From Octopus vulgaris (lineage: Eukaryota): a stretch of 64,000 nucleotides of DNA. The translations under genes and the position numbers were made by a program. The notes below the pieces were generated by a model. It saw only the letters and a program-made list of their open reading frames with translations. It did not search any database and had not been told where the DNA came from. Location: NCBI GenBank assembly GCA_951406725.2, contig OX597821.1:6014001-6078000 (forward strand), read 5' to 3'. Of this stretch, positions 13,856-26,580 are shown piece by piece (within the stretch, counting starts at the first letter, position 1; each line of letters begins with the position of its first letter).

Positions 13856-14302
13856 GCAGAGACAATACTTCCTACATCTTCTCCTTCTCCTCCTCTCTAT
13901 TAAGCATTCAGTTTTCTTGACTAATTACTAAATATAATTAATGCTCAATATCAGTCGGGTGTCAAGCTAACAGAATCATTAGCAGAATCATTAGCATGCC
14001 AGACAAAATTTCTCAGTGGCATTTCGTCCGTCTTTACGTCGAGTTCAAGTTCCACCCAGGTCGACTTTGCGTTCCATGCTTTCAGGGTCAATGAAATAAA
14101 TACCAGTTGAATACTGGGGTCAGTGTAATCAACCAGCTTGGCACCAGTAACGTCACAACTCATTTCTACAGATGGGTGAACTGGAGCAATGAGAAATGAA
14201 ATGTCTTGCTCAAGAACACAACATGCAGCCCTGTCCAGGAATCAAACTCACTACCTCATGATTGTGAGCTTGATGCTCTAACCACTGACCCATGCACCTT
14301 CA

Positions 14303-14345
<43 letters not shown>

Positions 14346-14443
14346 ACGGGAAGCTTTATGAAAATAGACAAAAGATGAAGGCAGGTGGAAAACAAACGAA
14401 CAATTGTATTAGTATGGCGCTCAGGAAATATAAATAAAACAAG

Positions 14444-14481
14444 TCTTTAACGTTTCGAGCCTACGCTCTTCAACAGAAAGA
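14444..14481 (-). ncRNA. Minimal type-I hammerhead ribozyme-like motif (A6U core variant) in a Penelope-like terminal repeat fragment (~14345-14520)
   Basis: Minus strand TCTTT-CTGTTGA-A-GAGC-gtag-GCTC-GAAAC-GT-T-AAAGA: 5 bp stem I, 4 bp stem II, palindromic AACGTT stem III. A degenerate sibling is at about 21550-21587. Confidence 0.65.
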
Positions 14482-14517
14482 TACACAGAGAGAAAAAAAA
14501 CACAGAAAGAAGGAGAG

Positions 14518-14597
<80 letters not shown>

Positions 14598-14604
14598 TAC
14601 ATAC

Positions 14605-15030
14605 ACATGCAGGAAGTAAATAGACACCTTTAATTTTCAAAATTTCTGATCTGAGCGTCTTGATATGTTTTCAGCGATGTAGAATCTACAATGTAATTAT
14701 TCTTTTTCATTCCAGCTGCCATTATATTAAACATTTGTAAAGGGTAACCATGCCACGCACAAAATATTCAGCAGAACTGTCAGATTTTCAAAGGGGTCAT
14801 ATTGTTGGGCAATCTGAGGCTAGTTAAAACCAGACACCAAAAAATTGCAGAAAATCTTCAAATTCCTCTTGCTACTGTTAATAGAATTATAGTGCAATTC
14901 AAAAGCCAGCTGACCTGGGCCCTTGGAAAGGAAGCTTCATTGTTTGAAGAGAATTGTGGAAAAAGAACTCTGTTCAAAGGCTTCTGACATTGCAAAACAG
15001 CTACAAGTTAGTCCAAGAACATGTGTTACA
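14605..15030 (+). mobile_element. Tc1-family transposon 5' remnant
   Basis: ATG at about 14750 gives MPRTKYSAELSDFQRGHIVG, then after a frameshift QKIAENLQIPLATVNRII (Tc1 paired-like HTH). Confidence 0.72.
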
Positions 15031-15997
15031 CACATATATATATATATAAAGACCCCCCTTCAGTTATGAATGACCATGGGATTGCACCTAGAAAGTTACC
15101 CTCTGAGGCACAAGTCTGGGCAAGGTTGTTTATGGAAGACCAGCAGTCACTCATGCAAACCAGCCTCCCCTCTCCGTGCCACTGAAAGGCAAAGGGGCCG
15201 ATACAGCTTGGCACCAGTGATGTCACAACTCAATTCTAAAGCAAAATGAACTGGAGCAGCGAGAAATAAAGTGTCTTGCTCAAGAACACAACACACAACC
15301 TGGTCCGGGAATCAAACTCATGATTGTGAGCCCAGCACTCTAACCATTAAGCCATGTGCCTTCAGTGAGGAATATGAACTAAAAACCACAAGGCTCTGCT
15401 ATCCTTACCATTCCACTAAACCATCTGAAGAATTTAATCCCACATTAGAAGCAGACATCTTTTCAAAAGTCTCTCTTCAAGTGGATGTTTATGTCACATG
15501 CCATTAAATTTATTCCAATATTCCTCTTACCAAAAATAAATGTAAATATGACAGGGATACTGGAGCCATAGAAAAATCACTTCCTTATATTACTGCTGCT
15601 GTTGTTGTTGTTGTTGCTGTTTAGGACTGACACACACACACATACACACACACACACACACATACATACATACATACATACGTACGTGCGTACGCAGGAA
15701 TGGTGAAACAGAATATAGCCAGAGATTGGACGAAAGCAAACACTTGCTGCTGTTGCTGCTTGTGATGACGGTGAAGATGACGGTGGTGGTGGTGGTGGTG
15801 GTGGTGGTGGTGGTGGTGGTGACGATGACAACTTGCACAATTAAAGACTTTATATATATTTGACAAGTCATATCTCTGCACCTGACACATTTGTGGGCAC
15901 AGGTAGGAGGTGGAACGGTGAGAATCATCTCATCACCAGATACACCAGCTATACACATATTTATATACATCAATATATACATATATATGTGTGTGTG

Positions 15998-16039
<42 letters not shown>

Positions 16040-16245
16040 TGTATGTATGTATGTATATATATATACATACATATATATATACATATATATATATACATAT
16101 ATATCTACATATATGCCTGAGTGTGTGCATATATATGTATATATATACATATAAATTTTCTTCACACAAACATGTAACATACACTACACAAAAATATGTT
16201 TATATTATAAACTCAAATATATACATATGTATATATATAAGTGTA

Positions 16246-16276
<31 letters not shown>

Positions 16277-16353
16277 TTTCATTGCACAAACATGTAACAC
16301 ACACACCATACTAAAATATGTTTATATTATAAACAGAAATATATGTATGTATG

Positions 16354-16423
<70 letters not shown>

Positions 16424-16439
16424 AATATATGTGTGTGTG

Positions 16440-16475
<36 letters not shown>

Positions 16476-16549
16476 TACACACGCACACAGCACATATTTA
16501 CACACATATTCATATACACATAATTTACATCAAGTCCCTCCTAAATCTG

Positions 16550-16581
<32 letters not shown>

Positions 16582-17800
16582 TTTCATAAAACTAAGCAGG
16601 TTTGGGTGCTACAAACACAGGGCCTCAGATTCATAAAAGAGAAAAATAGGAGATTACATGGCATTCATGCCTTTCCAAAAAGCAGAGATAGCATTTAGCA
16701 AAACAGCCCGTGAAATTAGTTTAAGGATGGCTTCAAAAAGTCTCAACAACTTGCCTGACACTTTACAAGGGAACTAAACAATGACTACAGCCAGGTTTGA
16801 AACCCTGCCACAGCAGTGATAAACGCAGCACCTTAACACCTCAGCCACAGTGCCTCGTTAGAAGAGATAGCTTAACCGATTAGCATTTCGATTCCTCAAT
16901 CAAATGTAAAGCTTGTTTATTCAGATTGTTTTCAATTGATCAAGTCCAAAACAGGTATCTTTTACTTGTGTCAGTCATCAGACTGTGGCCATGCTGGGGC
17001 AGCACTTTGAAGAATTTTTTTTTTTTTTAGTCAAATACATCAGCCCTGGTACTGTTTTTTTTTTTTTAAGCCTGGCACTTATTCTATCAGTCTCTTTTGT
17101 CGAACCACTAGGTTAGGGGATGTAAACAAACAAGCACCTGGTGGTCGAGTGGTTTTGGAGAGAACCACAAAGACAGACACACACAGATAAGTACATTATG
17201 TATATATACATATATGATGGGCTCCTTTCAATTTCCATCTATCAAATCCACTCACATGGTTTTGGTTAGCTACAGTAGAAATCCCTTGCCCAAGGTGCCA
17301 TGCAGTAGGACTGAACCTGAACCTATGTGGTTGTGAAGCAAGCTTCTTACCACAAACCATGCCTGCACCTATCAAAAATAATGGTTTGAAACTTTGTTAA
17401 TTCTTTACCTGCAGACTCGGAATTTTGTCAACAGTTGTTGAAATATCAATGGTTTAGAATTATGTATTTTCAATAAAATCAAGAATATATATACATTGGT
17501 GTTGTATCGTTCAACCATGTTGCCATAATATTTTTGAAGGGCATCTTGAAGATCTTCACTTTCACTATCAAAATACTCTTCCTCATCAGGCTCAAATTCA
17601 GAAACATCGTTATCTGATCCAGCCAAAGTTGCTGTTATTTCATTTATTTTTACATTTTTAAGTCTTCAAGTATAAATCTTTCAAATTCTAAACTTCTAGT
17701 TGAAGCCGTATCAGTAATTACAATAAAAAAAAAATATTATTTCCACTTCAAATAAACCAAACCAGGCACTGTTGAAAATCTCACAGCATTTATAATCGTA

Positions 17801-18186
17801 CTAGCAGTATCGCCCGGCGTTGCTCAGGTTTGTAAGGGAAATAACTATAAAGCATTTTTAGAGAGTTATAGCCAAAAAATAGCAAAAAAAACGGAAACAA
17901 TTATGGTAAATTTTTTTTTGATAGTTAAAAAAGGTGGAGTTGCGTCACCTACAAAGTTTGTGGTTTGTGTTCCTGATTCTCGACCCCATGTCGAATTTAT
18001 CGATTTTTTTTCAGAACTGGGGGAACTTTTCAAAATTTTCGCTGCGTTAGTTTTGAATTATGACATTGGGCTATGTGTGTGTCAAGTTTCATCAGAATCG
18101 GTTGAAAGCCGTGGTCAGGGTGAGGGTACAAGCAAACAGACACACAGAAACACGCACAGACAAACTGCCGTTTATATAGAGAGAGA
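17801..18186 (-). mobile_element. Non-autonomous Helitron
   Basis: On the minus strand it starts A|TC and ends with the hairpin CCTGAGCAACGCCGGG followed by CTGCTAG|T. No TSD; inserted at an A|T site. Confidence 0.8.
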
Positions 18187-18477
18187 TTTAGGTAGAGATG
18201 GCTTTATCTCGTATGATCTCAAAGCTACAAGATTTCAATAATGTAATTGTATATTTTTAGAATATCATCAGGCAGGTGTAAGAGACCCGATCTGACTGGT
18301 TAAACCTTTTAATATTTAATCCACCTGTTTTATTCTACCTGTTTTATGTTAAAACTGACCACCTCCAATCTCTCACACTTACCTTGCAATGTCATTCTAG
18401 TATATACAAACATATATACAAACACATCACTGAAATCTCAAAGCTATGAGATAAAGTGTGATTGATTCAAACCATTT

Positions 18478-19130
18478 GTCATCATCATTGTCGTCATTTA
18501 ACGTCTGCTTTCTTAGGCTGGCATGGGTTAGACGGTTTGACTGGAACATGGAAGCCGGAGAGCCACACCGGGTTCCCGTCTGATTTCACAGGGTTTCTAC
18601 AGTCAGATGCCCTGCCTAACGCCAACCACGTAAAGAGTATAATGGGTGCTTTTTACATGTCACTGGCACAACTCCTTTTATGTGCCACCAGTACAGGTGC
18701 CAGCTGCACGACACCAGCACTGGCCACGACTATGATTTCACGTGGCTTCATGGGTCTTCTCAAGCACAGCATGTCATCAAAGGTCTTGGTCACTTGCCAT
18801 TGCCTCCATGAGGCCCAACGTTCAAAGATCCTGCTTCATCACCTCATCCCATGTCTTCCTGGGTCTACCTTTTCCACAGGTTCCCTTCACAGTTAGCAGT
18901 CGGCACTTGTTTACACAGCTGTCCTCATTCATACACATCACATGGCCATACCAGGGCAGTCATTTCTCTTGCACACCACATGTGATGCCTCTTAAGCCCA
19001 ATTCTTCTCTCGAGATGCTTACACTCTGTCCTACATGCACACACACACTGCACACACAGCAAAGCAGACGACCTTCATTTCTTTCAGCCTTCAATGGTCA
19101 CAGCCCATGTTTCACTGCTGTAGACACAAT
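18478..19130 (-). mobile_element. RTE-clade LINE 3' remnant
   Basis: Minus strand encodes a degenerate L.WYGHVM.MNEDSCVNKC.LLTVKGTCGKGRPRKTWDEV C-terminus, followed by the family 3' UTR and (GAT)n tail. Confidence 0.8.
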
Positions 19131-19217
19131 AGAGTTTGACCATCCTCGCAGATGCTTCAATGATTTCATGCAAACATGTCACACATCACGCCCCCACCCC
19201 TGCATGTTCTTGATCAA

Positions 19218-19433
19218 CTCTTTTACTTGTTTCAGTCACTTGACTGTGGCCATGCTATAGCACTGCCTTTAGTCGAGCAAATCAACCCCAGGACTTATTC
19301 TTTGTAAGCCTAGTACTTATTCTATCAGTCTCTTTTGCCAAACAGCTAAGTCACTGGGAGGTAAACACACCAGCATTAGTTGTTAAGTGATGTTGGGGGG
19401 GACAAACACAGACACACAAACATCATACATGTG

Positions 19434-19470
<37 letters not shown>

Positions 19471-19634
19471 GATGGGCTTCTTTCAGTCTCTGTCTACCAA
19501 ATCCACTCACAAGGCTTCTACTATAGCCCGAGGCTATAGTAGAAGACACTTGCCCAAGGTGCCATACAGTGGGACTGAACCTGGAACCATGTGGTTCATA
19601 AGCAAGCTACTTCCCACACGGCCATTCCTACGCC
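19218..19634 (-). mobile_element. SINE family A, near full length, 200 bp from the CARNMT1 179-nt exon donor
   Basis: Full tail-to-head reverse-complement match to family A. Confidence 0.9.
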
Positions 19635-19834
19635 TATCTGTTAACCTATGTGGAAACAAGTTGTCCACATAGGTTAGATGTTTTCTTCTGTTGATTCTTC
19701 CCTCAACTGACCGCCATAAGACCAGTTGACAATGAAATTTGAATGCTAAAAGGCTAAACATAACACGATAGAATAGAAGGGCCGCACAGGGCCAGTTTAA
19801 ATGTTTTAGGGTTAAAGAACAAACAGTTACTTAC

Positions 19835-20013
19835 TTGGTTCCGTATATACTTCTAAAAAGTCACCAGCAGCCATGGAAAAATTGGAATTGGCTGGGAGAT
19901 CAGCAGGATTCACATCAGGAAAGCTGACCGGTTCAATCTGGTCAGCTGAAGTTTTGTTGTTAATCCACTGGTGGATCCATGGATAAAGCTTATGCGCATT
20001 GGCTTCCCGACAT
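19835..20013 (-). CDS. CARNMT1: CARNMT1 coding exon (179 nt, phase 2 to 1)
   Basis: Acceptor ctctctccag|A TGT CGG, donor CCA A|gtaagt. Translates [59 protein letters not shown], with the LYPWIHQ, FPDV.P and NFSM.AGDF motifs. Confidence 0.97.
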
Positions 20014-21269
20014 CTGGAGAGAGAGACAGACAGACATAGAAAACAGTAGATATAAAATGTGGGAATAATAAGAATAATTGTTTATAATTTTAGGCTGGCA
20101 TTTTTAGGGATTTGAAAGTTAATTGAGCTCAATACTTGATTGTTACTTTATTTTATCGATCCCAAAAATATGAAAGAAAAGTTGACCTCAGCAGGAATTG
20201 AAACCAGAACAAACACTACAAGGTATTTTGTTCTATGCTCTGCTGATTCCACCAACCCAGTTCCCTAACAATCATCATCATCATCATCATTGTCGTTAAA
20301 TGTTATTCTTATTCTAGCAGCTACACTCTCAGAGCATCCGCCATAACTACTGACTTGGTCACCTAGGTAATGAAAGCTATCAACTACTTGTAGTTTTTTT
20401 TTCCCCTGGAACGTGACGGAAGCTGTTTTCTGCACTATTTCAGTGTCTATTTCCCCTGAGCATTTGCCACGCACAAAAACTATCTTCCCAGTTAGCCTTC
20501 CATTGATATTAAACTGGTACTTTAATGAGTACTTTATTTGAAGAACCCTGAGGCAAAGTGGACCTCAGCAGGACTAGAACTCAGAACATTTAGCGCCAGA
20601 ACAATTACCCCAACATTTATCCAAATATGCTAATGATCCACTTTGATACAGCTCATTCCATAAATATCAAAATTCTTAAAAGCCAATGAGAAACAATATG
20701 TGGATCATACAATCAGCTAGAAATAGCAAGCAATATTCCTTCAATCTAAAACTTACTGTCTGATGGAGGAACACATTGAATAATGTAGGTCCAAATGCAC
20801 AATGCCTGTGAAAATGACAAGATGGTTGTGGGCAAAATTACTTTGGTAGTAGTTCTGCTCACTGGTATGACCCTGGGTGAAACAAACACAACTATTTGAG
20901 GGAAGACACTCTTTTCAATAAACAAAAGAAAGAAAGAAATTCGTGTGGTAAGAAGCTGTCTTCCCAATCACATGGTTCCAGGTTCAGTCCCATTGTTTGG
21001 TACCTTGTGCAAGTGTCTTCTATTATAGCCTCACGCCAACCAAAGCCTCATGTGTGGATTTGGTAGACGGAAACTGAAAGAAGCCTGTCATGTGTCTGTG
21101 TAAACATACATAAAATAAGATATCATTATTATTATTAAAGATAATAATAATAATAAAGTGGTCAGCAAGCTTAACCAATATAGATAAATATTTAGGGTGT
21201 GGTGCGTATGTTTTGAAAAAAAATAGTTATTTGAAGTAAGCTCAGCTGATGATCCAAAGTGTTTGGCAC

Positions 21270-22445
21270 TAAAGGTGAAATCAATTGATGCTGAGATAAC
21301 TGTACTTTTCTTTGTGTTTCTGCAAAGGTAAGAGCTATTTTTTTCTTATATTTGCTACATTAATTGTACATGTTTTGTTTATAGTGAGAAATATGTAGCT
21401 TTGGAGAGTTGACTCTTCTTTCTAGCATAGCTGGTATATATTTTTTATACCCTAAATTGTGTGTGTGTGGTTCAGATTTACAGACAACAAAAGATGAAGA
21501 CAGGTGCAGGAACAACAAGCAGATGTAGCACTCAGGAAGAATGGAAAAGTCTTTAACGTTTCGACCCTTCTCTCTTCGATAGAAGAGATTAAAAGAGAGA
21601 AAAAGGAGAATGGAAAAAAATGTGTAGATATTAATGGTTCAACATAATGAAATAGCCAGTGTGTGTGTGTGTGTTCCTCACCACTGCTTGACAATTAGTG
21701 ATGGTATGCTTACATCTCCGTAGCATAGCGATTGGACAACAGAAACCTATGGAATAAGTACCAGGCTTAACAAAATTAAGTACTAGGGTGCATTCATTTG
21801 ACTAAAAGTTCTCAATGGTCGTGCTACAGCATGGCCACAGTATCAGAACTGAAACAAGTAAAAGATAAAAAATAAAAGATGAGTTAGCTCCCTTCGTATT
21901 GCACTTTTTTTTTTTTCGTTAATTTTTCGTGGTGAATTCCAGGGAGGATAATTCCATTATTTCCTTTAATTTAGAAGATCCCTGCTCGTCCATTAGAGTG
22001 CCGAAGACCATCAAGTCATCCTTAAGAAGGACTTGCGCGATGACTTAGTATAAAGGGAAGACGACTTGCGCACAGCCAACCTCATTCTCCCGACGGTCAG
22101 ACCAAATCAAGATGACTAGCAACACAGATAAATACAATGGATCACAAACCAAGACTTCTTATTTGCTTCGTTTTGCTCCATACTAAATTCACTAACAAAG
22201 TATTGGTCAGCCCGAGGAAGGATATATTGCCCAAGATACTGCGCATTGGAACTGAACCCGAAACCCTATAGCTGCATGGTTGCAATGCGGGTTTCTTAAG
22301 CACACAGACATAAAACAGAATCTAGCATTAAATGCACAGGAAAACTAACAAATGTCACAAAAAAGACTTTTCCATTCTTCCTGAGTGCTACATCTGCTTG
22401 TTGTTCCTGCACCTGTCTTCATCTTTTGTTGTCTGTAAATCTGAA

Positions 22446-22480
<35 letters not shown>

Positions 22481-22666
22481 TTAGGGTATAAAAAATATAT
22501 ACCAGCTATGCTAGAAAGAAGAGTCAACTCTCCAAAGCTACATATTTCTCACTATAAACAAAACCTGTACAGTTAATGTAGCAATTATAAGAAAAAAATA
22601 GCTCTTACTTTTGCAGAAACACAAAGAAAAGTACAGTTATCTCAGCATCAATTGATTTCACCTTTA
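21270..22666. repeat. Long near-identical inverted duplication (arms 21270-21554 and 22362-22666)
   Basis: The arms are reverse complements with about 4 substitutions plus a (TG)n length difference; spacer about 810 bp. Confidence 0.92.
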
Positions 22667-23468
22667 TTCAACCCGCAGGGTCAAACATTTTTCTTTTTTC
22701 TTTTCTTTTTGGGGTGTCAACATTTCTATGCAATTGTTTACAGTTCGAAAGTTGGTCGCAACCGAACAGACCTATTATTAATGATATTCCAGCCTGATCC
22801 ATCAAGTCCCTTTAAAAGTATACAGGAATAACATGGTTTTTTTTTTGTCCCCGTTTCCAGAACAATAGGATATGCTTTTGAGAAAGATTTCGCTGACATT
22901 TTTAACACATCAAACAAGGAAATCCAGGATTCTCTCCGCATAGATTAAGATGAGTTGTTTCCCTTGCATCAATCTGAAGAGTAATCTCCCTTGCAGGGTC
23001 TTGAACGAGAAGCAACCTGATGCGAAACAGATGCGAGGTTGTAATTAAATTCCAGCGGCAATATAGTGTCCTTCGACAAGATACTCAACTCATTTTCTTT
23101 CGCTTCTCTCTATAGAACAGCAGATATTTATTTTTGGGACAAGTATATGATGATGATGATGACTTGTTTAACTGTAGGTCGGAGCTGATGAAGTACGTTT
23201 GTGATGGTGTTCCATCCCATCTTTTTTTCTTTGTTCGTTTAGTCCAGGGGCATCCAATATCGACCCCAGTGGGGCGATGGGACTATTCAAGGGGTCGCTA
23301 AATGCACATCTACTTTATTATCATTATTATTATTATTATTATTATTATTTATTATTTTTTTGTACATGCTTGGAGGTCAAGGATTCAGTGAAGGGGTTGA
23401 TGGTTTAAAAGGCTTAGGGATCCCTGGTTTAAAAGGCTTAGGGATCACTGGTTTAAACGCAACTCTTA

Positions 23469-23630
23469 GGCATAGGATTGGCTGTGTGGTAAGTAGCTTG
23501 CTTACCAACCACATGGTTCCAGGTTCAGTCCCACTGCGTGGTACCTTGGGCAACTGTCTTCTACAATAGCCTCAGGCTGACCAAAGCCTTGTGAGTGGAT
23601 TTGGTAGACGGAAACTGAAAGAAGCCCGTC

Positions 23631-23682
<52 letters not shown>

Positions 23683-23890
23683 TTGTGTGTCTGTGTTTGT
23701 CCCCCCCTCCAACATCGCTTGACAACCGATGCTGGTGTGTTTACGTCCCCGTAACTTAGCAGTTCAGCAAAAGAGACCAATACAATAAGCATCAGGCCTA
23801 CAAAGAATAAGTCCTGGGATTGATGTGCTCGACTAAAGGCGGTGCTCCAGCATGGCCACAGTCAGATGACAGAAACAAGTAAAAGAGAGT
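23469..23890 (+). mobile_element. SINE family A full-length copy
   Basis: Head, core, internal (TA)n(TG)n and tail all present. Confidence 0.9.
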
Positions 23891-24490
23891 AATATTCAAC
23901 AGCCTTCCCTTTTTTGATGGTGCAGACGTGGCTGTGTGGTAAGAAGTTTGCTTTCCAACCCTATGGTTCTGGGTTCAGTCCTACTACTGCATGGCACTTT
24001 AGACAAATGGCTTCTGCTATAACCATGGGCCAACAGAAGCCTCGTGAGTGGATTGGGTAGTTGGGAATAGAATGATGCTCGCTGATGTGTGTGTGCGTGT
24101 GCATGTGTGTGTACATGTGTGTATGTATACAGGCATATATACATGTACATGTGCATGCATGTGGGTCCATGTGTATGTGTGTGTGTGGGGGGGAATGTGT
24201 CACCTTGTCTTAATATCCTGTGATGGTCGTAAACGAGTGTCACCACCATACAGTGTCATTCATTTCCAATATTCCGTAACAGCAGTGGCGAACAAGAGAG
24301 CCAAATGCATTTTGGCCTCATTCGGTCTTGTCAATGACGTAAACTCAATCATAAGCATACATATATATGTAGGTATGTACATATATGTATGTATATATGC
24401 ATATATTTATATATTATTATTATATATATAAGAGAGAGAGAGAGAGATTAAGAAATGGAGTTAAACGCAGGTGTTATTCAAATCTTTATA

Positions 24491-24579
24491 CTTCCGACAT
24501 ATGTTTCAAAAAAAAACATTGGTATTATTCCTGAGGGAATAAAATGATGTGAAACAATGTCATCATTTCATCAGGGAAA
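24491..24579 (-). ncRNA. Type-I hammerhead ribozyme-like motif with GUC cleavage triplet; stem II base eroded
   Basis: Minus strand TTTCC-CTGATGA-(long stem II incl. ACATTG/CAATGT)-GAAAC-ATAT-GT-C-GGAAG; palindromic ACATATGT stem III. Confidence 0.65.
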
Positions 24580-25021
24580 AAGGAGAAATAAAACCCATCA
24601 ATAAGTCATTTTAACCGAATGAGATTACTGCGTATATGATGAAGGGAACTCTGGCAAGTTATTTTTTTTAAAAACCGTTAATAGATTTAATGTCAAAGAG
24701 AAGGAGGAGAAAGAAAGAAATTGAAAGAAAATTAAGAGTGGAGAAATATAGTGTGATAGATGAGTGGAAAGAAAGCTTAAAGGCATGTAAATAGATATAT
24801 ATATATATGGAAAAACAGGGTTAACTCATTCACTAGCATTGCAAACAGCTGCCCAACTGAATAAAAGTCTGTTATATGCAACAGAAATATTCTTTTCTAC
24901 TCTAAGCACAAGGCCCTAAATTTTGGGAGAGAGTTAGGATTAGATCAACACCAGTATGCAACTCGTACTTAATTTATTGACCCCAAAAGGATGAAAGGCA
25001 ATGCAACAGAAATATTATTAA

Positions 25022-25242
25022 CCCTTTTGTTACTGTATATATTTTGAGATGCTCTGTGTTTCTTTCAGTTATTTTAAATATAACAGAGAATTTAGTAAAA
25101 TAACTTCATTATCATTAAGCTAGTGTTAGGAACATAAATTGTGACTAAGGTTTGTTGGAAGATTTTAACTCAAAATTAATGGAAACAAGACATTTGTACT
25201 ACAGAGCCAGAGCCGGTTTCAGCCGGGTTGGTAACAAAAGGG
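25022..25242. mobile_element. Intact piggyBac-type MITE (~221 bp) with TTAA TSD
   Basis: TTAA|CCCTTTTGTTAC...GTAACAAAAGGG|TTAA. Other copies at about 42690-42881, 57948-58168 and 63113-63334. Confidence 0.9.
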
Positions 25243-25522
25243 TTAAATTAAAACACAGCTACATCATTGCAAAAAAAAAATTTCTGTTGTTGAGTTTATT
25301 GTATACAATGTTCAGATGCATTACAACTTGTAGGAAATGAGAAAAGGCAGAGACAAAAGGCAGCAAGAGGTCAGGCAAAGAGCAAGTAGAGTACACAGAA
25401 CAAGTAGAGTACACAAAGAAGTCATGAAGAGGAAAGAACCAAGAATAATGTTGGGAAAATCCAAGGAAGCCTGGAATTTTTTGACTATTTCAATCTATTC
25501 CGTAGCCTTCAATATTTTACAT

Positions 25523-26297
25523 TCTTTACTTGTTTCAATCATTAGACTCTGGTCATGCTGGAGCACTACCCTGAAGAATTTTTAGTCAAATGTATCAACC
25601 CCGGTACTTACTTGTTTTTCGAAGCCTGGTACTTATTCTATCAGACCCTTTTGCCAAACTGCTAAATTATGGGGTCGTAAACACACCAACATCAGTTGTC
25701 AAATGGTGGTGATCAGTTGTCAAATGGTGGTGAGGGAGGGATACATACATACATACATACATACATATATGCACATATATGACAGGCTTCTTCAAGTTTC
25801 CATCTACCAAATCTACTCGCAAGGCTTTAGTCAGTCTGAGACTGAACCTAAAACCATGTTGTTAAGAAGCTTCTTACCACAGTCACACTTGCACCTATAC
25901 GCTTTTACTTGTTTCAGTCATTTGATTGTGGCCATGCTGGAGCACTGCCTTTAGTCGAGCAAATCGATTCCAGGACTTATTCTTTGTAAGCCTAGTACTT
26001 ATTCTATCGATCACTTTGGCCGAACCACTAAGTTACGGTGACATAAACACACCAGCATCGGTTGTTAAGCAATGTTGGGGGAACTAACACAAACACACAA
26101 ACATATACACACACACATATATATACATATATACGATGGGCTTCTTTCAGTTTCCGTCAACCAAATCCACTCATAAGACTTTGGTCGACCCGAGGCTATA
26201 GTAGAAGACACTTGCCCAAGGTGCCACGCAGTTGGACTGAACCCAGAACCATGTGGTTGGTAAACAAGCTACTTACCACACAGCCACTCCTGCACCT
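25523..26297 (-). mobile_element. Two tandem SINE family A copies (about 25523-25896 and 25901-26297)
   Basis: Consecutive tail-to-head reverse-complement matches. Confidence 0.85.
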
Positions 26298-26580
26298 ATA
26301 TTAATATTATATTCTTCACATAAACCATACATAAAAACAAACATTAACAAAAACACACTCATGCACATACACAAGAGACCTCTATAAAGTCTCCGTCTTC
26401 CAAATTCACTCACAAAGCGTTGGTTAGCTATAGCTGTTCTGGCCCTGATGCGAATTTTTTAACCAGAGCCATGTCTGAGCCTAATGTACACTAACATAGT
26501 CTTATTAACAAGTGTCTTTGTATAATCCAATTAATCTCATCTTTAAAGTGTATATACTTATACACTTCATATCATATATA

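Noticed and set aside
11415-13920. Long ORFs of 217-451 aa (YVCM, HTYI, poly-His/Thr/Pro)
   Set aside because: Pure (CATA)n and (CAC/CAT)n microsatellites that lack stop codons by composition; no protein signal.
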